From contig RFZO01000001.1 of NCBI GenBank assembly GCA_009920715.1, positions 1-52,105 on the forward strand: a stretch of 52,105 bases of DNA. The letters are read 5' to 3'. Both the position numbers and the translations under genes were made by a program. The notes under the pieces were generated by a model that was not told the DNA's origin, ran no database searches, and saw only the letters and a list, made by a program, of their open reading frames with translations. Of this stretch, positions 38,508 through 46,598 are shown piece after piece (within the stretch, counting starts at the first letter, position 1; each line of letters starts with the position of its first letter). The stretch comes from Actinomycetota bacterium. Its GTDB lineage: Bacteria; Actinomycetota; Acidimicrobiia; Acidimicrobiales; Ilumatobacteraceae.

Positions 38508-40169
38508 TCAGGTGGTCATCACCACGGGCACGATCATCGGGCGCCGCTTGGTGCGGTCGCTCACGAACTTGCCCGTGGCACGGCGGACCTCGCGCTCGAG
38601 GTTGTCGATGTCCGTGATGCCGTCGCGAAGTGCCTTCTCGAGTGCCGCCCGCACGGTGTCCTCGGCCTCGTCCAGCAGGTCATCGGCCTCGGGGGCGTAC
38701 ACCCAGCCCCTGGTGATGATCTCGGGCCCGGTGATGACCTCGTTCGTCTCGCTGTCGACGGTAGCGATGACCACCACCACGCCCTCCTCGGCCAGCACCC
38801 GCCGGTCGCGCAGCACACCCTGGCCGACGTCACCGACGATGCCGTCCACGAAGAGGTAGTGCGCGGGGATCTTGCCCACGAAGGACATGCCCTTGTCGTC
38901 GAGTTCCAGGACGTCACCGTCGGTGGCCTGCAGCACTGTGGAGGCATCGGAACCCATGAGCACCGCGAGCTCGGCATGGGCCCGCAGGTGGCGGTACTCG
39001 CCGTGCACCGGCACGAACCACTCGGGCCGCACGATCGAGTGGTAGGTCTTCAGTTCGTCGGCCTGTGCATGGCCCGTGGCGTGCACGTCGGCGATGCCGC
39101 TGTGCACCACCTTCGCCCCCGCGCGCATCAGGCCGTCGATCACGCGGTTCACGTTGCCCTCGTTGCCGGGGATGGCGTGGCTCGAGAGAATGATGGTGTC
39201 GTCGGAGCCCACCTTCAGCCACTTGCTCTCGCCCCGGGACAGCAGGGAGAGAGCCGACATCGGCTCGCCCTGTGACCCGGTGGAGATCACGCACACGCGC
39301 TCGGGGGGGAACTTCTCGATTTCCTCCACGTCGATGAACACCGAGGCCGGGACACTCAGCAGCTTGAGGTCGATGGCGAGGCGCACGTTCTTCTGCATGC
39401 TCCGCCCCATCAGGGCGACCTTGCGGTTGTGTTCCTGGGCGGCCTCGATGATCTGCTGGACGCGGTGGATGTGGCTGGCGAAGCTGGCCGTGATGATGCG
39501 GCGGTCGCGGTGCTCGTGGAAGAGGTTGCGCAGGACCCCGCCGATGCTCCGCTCGCTCGGGGCGTGGCCCGCCTCCTCCGCGTTGGTGGAGTCGCACATC
39601 AGCAGGCGGATGCCCACCGTGCTCGACAGCTCCCCGAGGCGCGCCAGGTCGGTGCGCCGGTTGTCGACGGGAGTGAGATCCAGTTTGAAGTCCCCCGAGT
39701 GCACCACCACTCCCTGGTCGGTGTGCACGATGATCGCGTGTGCGTGAGGGACGGAGTGGGTGACGGGCAGGAACTCCACGTCGAAACCGCCGATGTCGAG
39801 ACGTTGTCCGTCGCGCACCTCCACCAGCTGGGTCCGGTTCAGCAGGCCGGCCTCCTCGATGCGGTTGCGCGCCAGCCCGAGGGTGACCGCGGACCCGTAC
39901 ACCGGGAACTCGATGTCACGCAGCAGGAACTGCAGGCCGCCCACGTGGTCCTCGTGCCCGTGCGTTGCCACGCACCCCACGATGCGGTCGGCGTTCTCGC
40001 GGAGGAAGGTGAAGTCCGGCAGGACGAGGTCGATGCCGTGCATGTCGGCATCGGGGAACATCAGGCCGCAGTCGATCATCAGCAGCCGGTCGTTCTGCTC
40101 GAGCACCATGCAGTTGCGCCCGATCTCGCCGAGACCGCCGAGGAAATAGACGCGTACGGGGGATGCCAT
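38508..40169 (-). CDS. rnj: ribonuclease J
   Basis: 553 aa. VYFLGGLGEIGRNCMVLE and THGHEDHVGG (metallo-beta-lactamase/beta-CASP). Start taken at MASPVRV, not the ORF-track 40274. Confidence 0.9.
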   Translation of the reverse strand: MASPVRVYFLGGLGEIGRNCMVLEQNDRLLMIDCGLMFPDADMHGIDLVLPDFTFLRENADRIVGCVATHGHEDHVGGLQFLLRDIEFPVYGSAVTLGLARNRIEEAGLLNRTQLVEVRDGQRLDIGGFDVEFLPVTHSVPHAHAIIVHTDQGVVVHSGDFKLDLTPVDNRRTDLARLGELSSTVGIRLLMCDSTNAEEAGHAPSERSIGGVLRNLFHEHRDRRIITASFASHIHRVQQIIEAAQEHNRKVALMGRSMQKNVRLAIDLKLLSVPASVFIDVEEIEKFPPERVCVISTGSQGEPMSALSLLSRGESKWLKVGSDDTIILSSHAIPGNEGNVNRVIDGLMRAGAKVVHSGIADVHATGHAQADELKTYHSIVRPEWFVPVHGEYRHLRAHAELAVLMGSDASTVLQATDGDVLELDDKGMSFVGKIPAHYLFVDGIVGDVGQGVLRDRRVLAEEGVVVVIATVDSETNEVITGPEIITRGWVYAPEADDLLDEAEDTVRAALEKALRDGITDIDNLEREVRRATGKFVSDRTKRRPMIVPVVMTT

Positions 40170-40177
40170 GCGGGTGC

Positions 40178-41077
40178 TCAGCGGAGGACCGCGCGCGCCT
40201 TCTCGAGGTTCGCGTGCACCTGCGCGGCCCGCTCGGCGAGTCCCGCGGGCGGCGGGCCCATCGGCAGGCGGCACTCGCCCACGTCGAACCCGAGGTGGCT
40301 CATCATCACCTTGCTCGGGATCGGGTTCGGGTTGTCGTCGCCCGTCTCGTAGGCGTAGCTCTCGAGGAGGATGTCGTTCATCCGCCGCGCCCCGTCGACG
40401 TCGCCGTTGCGGAACGACGTGATCATCCGCTGGTGCTCGGGGGCGCTCCAGTGCGTCGCCACGCCGATGACACCGACGCCGCCGTAGGCGAGGAACGCGA
40501 GGGTGAGGCCGTCATCGCCGCTGTAGAGATCGAAGTCGCGCGGGACCATGGCCATGAGGTTGGCGGTCTCTGCGGGGGCACCGGCGGCATCCTTCAGGGC
40601 GCGGACATTCTTCACCTCGTTCGCGAGACGCGCGAGCGAGGCCGTGGAGATCTTGCGGCCCGTGCGCACGGGGATGTCGTAGACCACGACCGGCAGGTCG
40701 GTTGCCCCCGCCATCGCGGTGATGTGCGCAACGAGACCCGCCTGCGAGGGACGGTTGTAGTACGGCCCGACAGCGAGAATCCCGGCCGCGCCGAGCGCGG
40801 TCACCTCCTTGGTGAGGTGCACGGAGTGGGCGGTGTCGTTGGATCCGCTGCCGGCGATCACGGGGATGGAGACGGCCTTGATGACCGCGTCCCACAGCTC
40901 GAGCTTCTCGGAATCGGTGAGGGTGGACGATTCACCCGTGGTCCCGGAGACCACGAGACCATCGTTTCCGTTGGCCTCCAGCCACCTGGCCAGACGCACC
41001 GCCTCGTCGATGTTCAGCGCGCCGTCCGCGGTGAACGGCGTGATCATCGCGGTGAGGACCTGCCCGAAGAGTGCCAT
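40178..41077 (-). CDS. dapA: 4-hydroxy-tetrahydrodipicolinate synthase
   Basis: LTAMITPFTADGALNIDEA...GTTGESSTL...GSNDT. The start is ATG 41077 (MALFGQV) or ATG 41095. The ORF-track start at 41266 is rejected. Confidence 0.85.
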   Translation of the reverse strand: MALFGQVLTAMITPFTADGALNIDEAVRLARWLEANGNDGLVVSGTTGESSTLTDSEKLELWDAVIKAVSIPVIAGSGSNDTAHSVHLTKEVTALGAAGILAVGPYYNRPSQAGLVAHITAMAGATDLPVVVYDIPVRTGRKISTASLARLANEVKNVRALKDAAGAPAETANLMAMVPRDFDLYSGDDGLTLAFLAYGGVGVIGVATHWSAPEHQRMITSFRNGDVDGARRMNDILLESYAYETGDDNPNPIPSKVMMSHLGFDVGECRLPMGPPPAGLAERAAQVHANLEKARAVLR

Positions 41078-41142
41078 CCCCCAAGTATTGCCCATGAGGG
41101 GGGTTGCACCCCTCCCGGATGATCGGGAAGGGTGCCGACCTC

Positions 41143-42279
41143 TCAGGCCTGCTCGCCGGGAGCGGGCATCTCCTTGCCGATCTCGAAGGCGGTGAACTCC
41201 TCGCCGGTGTCCTGCCAGTCCTCGAACTGGATGACGCCGAGCTCCTCGAAGCGGCGGCGCAGCCACATGTCGTTGCGGTCGAGCAGGCCGAGCTTCTTGC
41301 AGTTCGGCACGATCTTGGAGAAGAGCATCTGCTGGAACAGGACGCGGGTGGGGTCGGCGAGCGTGAGCGGGGCGATCTCCTTGGTGTTCACCCCGAGACG
41401 GTCCCAGACCTCCTGCTGGAGGAACCGGTCGCGCATCCGCACGCTCGCCTCGAACGCGAACTCCTGGCGCTCCTTGATCTCGGCGTCCGACATGCCGTCG
41501 TAGACCTCCTTCAGGCTGAGCACGCCGAAGGCCACGTGACGCGCCTCGTCACTCATGACGTAGCGGAGCAGCTTCTTCAGGAGCGGCTCGTTCGTGAGCT
41601 GGTGGAGGAAACCGAACGCGGCGAGGGCGAGACCCTCGACCATGATCTGCATGCCCAGGTACGTGAAGTCCCAGCGGCTGTCGTTGACGATGTCGTCGAG
41701 GAGCATCCGCAGGTGGGCGTTGATCTGGTACTCCCCACCCAGCTTCTCCTGCAGGTAGCGGCCGAACACCTCGACGTGGCGCGCCTCGTCGACGACCTGC
41801 GTGCTGGCGTACAGCTTGGCGTCGTACCACGGCACGGTCTCGGTGATCTTGGCGGTGCAGATGAGGGCCCCCTGCTCGCCGTGGAGGAACTGGCTCAGCT
41901 GCCAGCGGCGGCTCTCGATTCCGAAGTCCAGCCACTCCTTGTCGCCCCAGTGCCGGATGGAGGTGTCGGCGTAGAGCGCGGGGTCCATGCCGGGCCCCAG
42001 CAGCTGCTGGTCCTCGAACATGACCTTCTCCATGTCCACGTCGGTGTCCCACTCGAGGTCTGTCGTGCCGTTCCACTGGCCGGTCTTCGCCTTCTCGTAC
42101 AGCTTGCGCAGGTTCGGCCGCGCGAGGGAGTAGTCCCACGTGAAGATGGAGTCCGCGTTGTTCTTGACCACGTGTTCGACCGCGTCGACATCATGGTTGG
42201 TGACCGCGAGGATCGCCTCGATGTCGTTCAGGTCGTCACGACCGATCATGTCCTGGTTGGACTTCTCCGAGATGCTCAC
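41143..42279 (-). CDS. ferritin-like diiron-carboxylate protein of unknown function (two E-x29-DEARH motifs)
   Basis: 378 aa from GTG 42279 (AGGAG SD). HGEQGA...VVDEARHVEVF and MVEGLA...MSDEARHVAFG have identical 29-residue spacing. The 566-aa ORF-track form is rejected. Confidence 0.75.
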   Translation of the reverse strand: MSISEKSNQDMIGRDDLNDIEAILAVTNHDVDAVEHVVKNNADSIFTWDYSLARPNLRKLYEKAKTGQWNGTTDLEWDTDVDMEKVMFEDQQLLGPGMDPALYADTSIRHWGDKEWLDFGIESRRWQLSQFLHGEQGALICTAKITETVPWYDAKLYASTQVVDEARHVEVFGRYLQEKLGGEYQINAHLRMLLDDIVNDSRWDFTYLGMQIMVEGLALAAFGFLHQLTNEPLLKKLLRYVMSDEARHVAFGVLSLKEVYDGMSDAEIKERQEFAFEASVRMRDRFLQQEVWDRLGVNTKEIAPLTLADPTRVLFQQMLFSKIVPNCKKLGLLDRNDMWLRRRFEELGVIQFEDWQDTGEEFTAFEIGKEMPAPGEQA

Positions 42280-42317
42280 GGTGCTCCTGCTTTCTGCGGT
42301 GGGATGATTGAGATGGG

Positions 42318-42938
42318 TCAGCGCCCTGGCGGCGTCGACGGGATGAGATGGGCCCGGACCAGCCGGGTGACGGACTTCCTGTCGGTGAAGTCGAAGAGGT
42401 GCGACGGCGACAGGTAGTGCGAGATGGTGAGCCGCACGACGATGTCGACGATCTCGGCGGCGTCGGCCGACGGGATGAACTCGTCGGTGAAGGGGGTGAT
42501 GAAGCCGGTGGCGACGCTGATGATCCGGTCGAGTCCGTCGAGCGTGAGGTCTCCGAGGGCGACACCGGGTTGGGTCGCGAGAAGGGCGGCGAGCCCGTGG
42601 TCCTCCCGGAGCGCGCGGGATGCTGCCACGATCACCCGAACCAGGAAGTCCTCGAGGGACTCGGCCCCCTCCAGTTCGCCGCGGATGTCGGCGAAGAACT
42701 CCTCGATGGAATGGCGGCGCACCGCGTCGAAGAGGATGTCGCGGCCGCCCGGGAAGATGCGGTACAGGGTGGCGCGGGAGATGCCGGCGGCCGCACAGAC
42801 ATCGTCCATGGTCACCTTGTCGCGGCCGATCTCCCGCAGGCACGTGCGCGCGGCCTCGATGACCGCCCTTTCGGACTCGTGCGTGGGTGCCTCGTGCTCC
42901 TCAACGGAGACATCAGAGGTGACGGGCGCCACGGACAT
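42318..42938 (-). CDS. TetR-family transcriptional regulator
   Basis: 206 aa with HTH TMDDVCAAAGISRATLYRIFPGG. Lies 38 nt upstream of, and co-oriented with, the diiron gene. Confidence 0.85.
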   Translation of the reverse strand: MSVAPVTSDVSVEEHEAPTHESERAVIEAARTCLREIGRDKVTMDDVCAAAGISRATLYRIFPGGRDILFDAVRRHSIEEFFADIRGELEGAESLEDFLVRVIVAASRALREDHGLAALLATQPGVALGDLTLDGLDRIISVATGFITPFTDEFIPSADAAEIVDIVVRLTISHYLSPSHLFDFTDRKSVTRLVRAHLIPSTPPGR

Positions 42939-42939
42939 G

Positions 42940-42968
42940 GTGAGACAGTACGGTCAGGCCCGTCTCAC
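42940..42968. promoter_or_regulatory. inverted repeat GTGAGAC-N15-GTCTCAC; candidate TetR auto-operator
   Basis: The 7-bp arms sit at 42940-42946 and 42962-42968. They bracket the spacer and overlap the -10/start site of the tetR promoter. Confidence 0.45.
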
Positions 42969-42974
42969 TGTCAA
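42945..42974 (-). promoter_or_regulatory. leaderless promoter of the TetR gene
   Basis: On the minus strand: TTGACA (42969-42974), 18-nt spacer, TACTGT (42945-42950), 6 nt, ATG 42938. Confidence 0.55.
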
Positions 42975-42985
42975 CAGTCACGAAT

Positions 42986-43004
42986 CCCGACCTTGAAAGT
43001 CGGG
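42986..43004. promoter_or_regulatory. palindrome CCCGAC-N7-GTCGGG overlapping the -35 of the importer promoter
   Basis: 6-bp arms with TTGAAA in the centre, followed by TTTT. Could be an operator or an RNA hairpin. Confidence 0.35.
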
Positions 43005-43022
43005 TTTTGCTCGGGATAGGTT
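42993..43022 (+). promoter_or_regulatory. candidate promoter of the amino-acid ABC importer operon
   Basis: TTGAAA (42993-42998), 18-nt spacer, TAGGTT (43017-43022). GAAAGGAA SD before ATG 43053. Confidence 0.35.
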
Positions 43023-43052
43023 CTCACGGTCCCCGATCGAAAGGAACCGACC

Positions 43053-43919
43053 ATGCGTCGCATCGCCCTCTCCCTCCTCGCAGTCTCCGCACTTGGCCTC
43101 GCCTCGTGCGGCGGCAGTGACTCCGCCTCGGACACCACAGCCCCGGCCGCGTCCGAGGGCAACGGTGCCGGCAACGAGTGCACCACCGGCAAGACCCTCA
43201 CCGAGGGCAAGCTCACCATCGCCACCGGCAACCCGGCATACGGCCCGTGGGTGGAGAACGACAAGCCCGAGTCCAAGGAGGGCTTCGAGGCCGCAGTCGC
43301 GTACGCCGTGGCCGGCGCGCTGGGCTTCTCCGACGAGAACGTGACGTGGGTGCGAACCGGCTTCGACGAGGCCATCCAGCCGGGCGCCAAGAACTTCGAC
43401 TTCAACCTCCAGCAGTACACCATCACAGAGGAGCGGAAGAAGACCGTCTCGTTCAGTGACCCGTACTACGTGACGAACCAGGCCATCGTCGGTCTCGCCG
43501 ACTCGGCTGCGGCCGGTGCGAAGTCCATCGCCGACCTGAAGGGCGTGAAGTTCGGGGCACAGGCCTCGACCACCAGCCTCGACTTCATCAACGAGGTCCT
43601 GAAGCCCGACACTGAGCCGTACGTGTACGAGGACAATGCCGGGGCCAAGGCGGCGCTCGAGGCCAAGCAGATCGACGCCATCGTCGTCGACCTGCCGACC
43701 GCGTTCTACATCGCGGCGGTCGAGATCGAGGGTGCATCCGTCATCGGCCAGTTCCCCGCGACGTCCGGCGACGAGTTCGGTCTCCTCTTCGACCTCGACA
43801 ACCCGCTCGTCTCCTGTGTCAACGAGGCTCTCGCCACGATCAAGGGTGACGGCACCCTCGACGGCATCGTCCAGACCTGGCTGGCCGACAAGACCAACGC
43901 ACCGGTCATCGCCGGCTGA
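43053..43919 (+). CDS. amino-acid ABC importer, substrate-binding lipoprotein (family 3 SBP)
   Basis: Lipobox LGLASC. 288 aa with GKLTIATGNPAYGPW and DAIVVDLPTA, typical of polar amino-acid binding proteins. Confidence 0.8.
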   Translation: MRRIALSLLAVSALGLASCGGSDSASDTTAPAASEGNGAGNECTTGKTLTEGKLTIATGNPAYGPWVENDKPESKEGFEAAVAYAVAGALGFSDENVTWVRTGFDEAIQPGAKNFDFNLQQYTITEERKKTVSFSDPYYVTNQAIVGLADSAAAGAKSIADLKGVKFGAQASTTSLDFINEVLKPDTEPYVYEDNAGAKAALEAKQIDAIVVDLPTAFYIAAVEIEGASVIGQFPATSGDEFGLLFDLDNPLVSCVNEALATIKGDGTLDGIVQTWLADKTNAPVIAG

Positions 43920-43937
43920 CGACCCGGCAACCACGAA

Positions 43938-44774
43938 GTGAACGACTCCGCCTCGCGGCGCGCCCGGTACGAACGGGACCGCCGCAGGCGGAGTCTTCTC
44001 GTTGCGACGGCGAGCACTGGGCTCGTCGTGGCCCTCGTCGTGCTGCTCGTCCCGCGCATGCCGCGGTGGGACAGGGTGCGGGAGTCGTTCTTCAACGGCG
44101 AGCGGTTCCGTGACTCGTTCCCGCGGCTGCTCGAGGCGTTCGTCCTCGACATCAAGATCTTCCTCTGGTCCGTCCCGTGCATCGTCGTGGTTGCCCTGCT
44201 GGTGGCCGTCACGCGGAGCAGCCGCTCGCCCGTTCTGTTCCCGATGCGCGCCCTGGCCGTCGTCTACACCGATGTCATGCGCGGCGTCCCCGTGATTCTC
44301 TGGATCTACCTCATCGGTTTCGGCGTGCCGGGGCTCGGCCTCGACAGGCCGTGGAACAGCCCCCTCATCTGGGGCTCAGTGGCTCTCGTCCTCACGTACG
44401 CGGCGTACGTGAGCGAGGTCTTCCGTGCCGGCATCGAGAGCGTCCACGAATCACAGAGGGCGGCGGCCCGGTCGCTCGGCCTGGGCAATGCCCAGACGAT
44501 GCGCCATGTCATTCTCCCCCAGGCGGTGCGCCGCGTCGTCCCGCCGCTCATGAACGATTTCGTCTCGCTGCAGAAGGACGTCGCTCTCGTCTCCCTGATC
44601 GGCCCGATCGAGATCCTCCGCCAGGCGGGTGTCGACAAGTCGAAGTTCGCCAACTTCACGCCGTACATCGCCGCCGCCGTCATCTTCCTGATGATCACCA
44701 TTCCGCTCACCAGGGCCACCGACTGGTTGCTCGAGCGGGAGCGCCGGCGCACCACCGGGACGAGGGTGCGATGA
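43938..44774 (+). CDS. amino-acid ABC importer, permease (HisM/GlnP family)
   Basis: 278 aa with AARSLGLGNAQTMRHVILPQA (EAA loop). ATGA overlap with the ATPase start. Confidence 0.8.
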   Translation: MNDSASRRARYERDRRRRSLLVATASTGLVVALVVLLVPRMPRWDRVRESFFNGERFRDSFPRLLEAFVLDIKIFLWSVPCIVVVALLVAVTRSSRSPVLFPMRALAVVYTDVMRGVPVILWIYLIGFGVPGLGLDRPWNSPLIWGSVALVLTYAAYVSEVFRAGIESVHESQRAAARSLGLGNAQTMRHVILPQAVRRVVPPLMNDFVSLQKDVALVSLIGPIEILRQAGVDKSKFANFTPYIAAAVIFLMITIPLTRATDWLLERERRRTTGTRVR

Positions 44775-45599
44775 GCAAGATCTCCCTGCGCGGGGTCACC
44801 AAGTCCTTCGGCGGCAACAAGGTTCTCGACGGTGTCACGCTGGACATCGAGCAGGGGCAGGTCGTGTCCCTCATCGGCCCGTCGGGGTCGGGCAAGTCCA
44901 CTCTGCTGCGCTGCATCAACCTGCTCGAGCCCGTCGACGACGGTGCCGTGCTGCTCGACGGCGAGGACATCAGCGTGCAAGTCCACTCTGCTGCGCTGCA
45001 TCAACCTGCTCGAGCCCGTCGACGACGGTGCCGTGCTGCTCGACGGCGAGGACATCAGCGTGCCGGGGCTCGACGCGAACCCCGTGCGGCGGAGGATCGG
45101 CATGGTCTTCCAGAGCTACAACCTGTTCCCGCACATGTCGGTCATGGACAACATCACCCTCGCGCCTGTCCGCGCGGCGGGAATCCCCAGACGGGATGCC
45201 GAGACGGCTGCGTTGGCGCTGCTGGAGCGTTTCGGGCTTTCCGACAAGGCCGCCAGCTATCCGGACCAGCTGTCGGGTGGGCAGCAGCAGCGAGTCGCGA
45301 TCGTTCGCGCCCTCGCGATGGGGCCGGAGGTCCTGCTGCTCGACGAGATCACGTCGGCGCTCGACCCGGAACTAGTCGGCGAGGTGCTCGACGTCGTGCG
45401 CGAGCTGAAGTCGACCGGCATCACACTCGTCCTCGCAACGCACGAGATGGGGTTCGCGCGCGACACGAGCGACGTCATCGTGATGCTGGACGGCGGGCGG
45501 ATCATCGAACAGGGCCACCCGCGCGACGTTCTCGTCGCCCCCCGCACCGAGCGAGCGCGCCAGTTCCTCCAGCGCATCATCGACTCCGGCCGTCTCTGA
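44771..45599 (+). pseudogene. amino-acid ABC importer ATPase (GlnQ/HisP-type), frameshifted by an internal 85-bp tandem duplication
   Basis: Frame 1 (from ATG 44771) carries Walker A GPSGSGKST, then goes out of frame after 44977. Frame 2 (from 44979) carries the Q-loop, LSGGQQQRV, LLLDEITSALD and the H-loop, up to the stop at 45599. Removing one copy gives an intact 247-aa ORF. Confidence 0.85.
44893..45062. repeat. perfect tandem direct duplication, 2 x 85 bp
   Basis: 44893-44977 equals 44978-45062 at every base, checked by eye. Identity extends 1 nt on each flank. Confidence 0.97.
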
Positions 45600-45653
45600 C
45601 TGCCGCTCGCCGGCGCGGGGGACGCGGCAACCGGCCGGGTCTAGGGTGAGCCC

Positions 45654-46547
45654 GTGACCGCAGCCCGCAGGACCGTCGCCTGCCTTCTCGCCGCTCTCGT
45701 GTTCGTGCTCGTGCCTGCTGCCGTCGCCGTGCGCGCGGCCCACGCCACCTTGTTCGACACCGGCGAGTTCGTGAAGGTCTCCGCGGATCTGGCCCGCGAC
45801 GAGTCGGTCCGCGCGGACCTCGTCGACTCCTTCACCGGTTCGATTGTCGACGCGCTCGACCCGGGCTCCCTGGTGCCTGCGGGCACTCTCGCCGCCGTCG
45901 GTCTCACGCCTGCCGACCTCGAGAGACGCGTGGACGGAATCATCCGGTCGGCAGTGTCGGCGGCCGTCAGCAGTGAGGTGTTCGCCGTGCTGTGGGAGGA
46001 AGCAAGCAGGCAGGCCCACACCTCGTTCATGGATGCCATCAGGAACGGGATCACTGTGGACGGCGTCTCCGTGGACATGAGCACACTCGTGCGCGAGGTG
46101 TCGGCAAAGGTCAAGGATGACGGAGTGGTCGGCAGGCTCATCGACCTTGCCGCTCTCGTGCCGTCGGATGCAGACCTCAGCTTCCGCATACTCGACGGCA
46201 ACGGTGTGAGCACGGCACGCGCGATCAACTCGACCACATCGGTGCTCCGCTGGCTCCTCCCCCTGCTCGCACTCGCGGGTGCGGCGGGCGTGGCGACTGC
46301 CTGGCCCACGCGGAGGACGGGTGTGCTCATCGCGTCTGCCTCGGTCACGGCCGGCGCGGTGATGGTGCCCGTCCTGCGGTCCGTCGCGGCGGGACGTCTG
46401 GAGTCAGCCACGGGCGACAATTCGGGCACGGCGCGGGCAGCCTTCGACGTGGCCACCTCGTCGGTCACCGCACCGACGGTCGCGATCGCACTCGTCGCGC
46501 TCGGCGCCGCAGGAACGGCCCTGCTGCGCCGCCGTCAGCCGGCGTGA
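45654..46547 (+). CDS. membrane protein of unknown function
   Basis: 297 aa with an N-terminal TM anchor and two or three C-terminal TM segments. GTG 45654 lies 6 nt after TAGGGT (45642-45647). Slightly more A/T-ending codons than its neighbours. Confidence 0.6.
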   Translation: MTAARRTVACLLAALVFVLVPAAVAVRAAHATLFDTGEFVKVSADLARDESVRADLVDSFTGSIVDALDPGSLVPAGTLAAVGLTPADLERRVDGIIRSAVSAAVSSEVFAVLWEEASRQAHTSFMDAIRNGITVDGVSVDMSTLVREVSAKVKDDGVVGRLIDLAALVPSDADLSFRILDGNGVSTARAINSTTSVLRWLLPLLALAGAAGVATAWPTRRTGVLIASASVTAGAVMVPVLRSVAAGRLESATGDNSGTARAAFDVATSSVTAPTVAIALVALGAAGTALLRRRQPA

Positions 46548-46598
46548 CGGGCCCCGGGGTTGCGGGCGCGCCCTGCGGAGAAGAGCGCGCCGGTGCCC

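Noticed and set aside
34464-42843. N-terminal extensions given by the ORF track for ftsK (to 37109), rnj (to 40274), dapA (to 41266) and the diiron protein (to 42843). The same applies to cinA (to 30719) and the metal importer genes.
   Set aside because: The extensions overlap upstream genes and are Arg/Pro-rich. Internal starts give canonical family N-termini with an SD, coupling overlaps (ATGA/TGATG) or -10 hexamers.
42986-43008. A stem-loop plus TTTT read as a genuine rho-independent terminator or small RNA 3' end.
   Set aside because: It lies between divergently transcribed genes with no plus-strand transcript upstream to terminate, and its loop provides a -35 hexamer. It is kept only as an operator/attenuator candidate.
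44177-45649. 490-aa ORF spanning the importer permease and ATPase region.
   Set aside because: It is a chimera. It is an out-of-frame read of the permease gene, then the true ATPase N-terminus, then a frameshifted read caused by the 85-bp duplication. It is not a real fusion protein.
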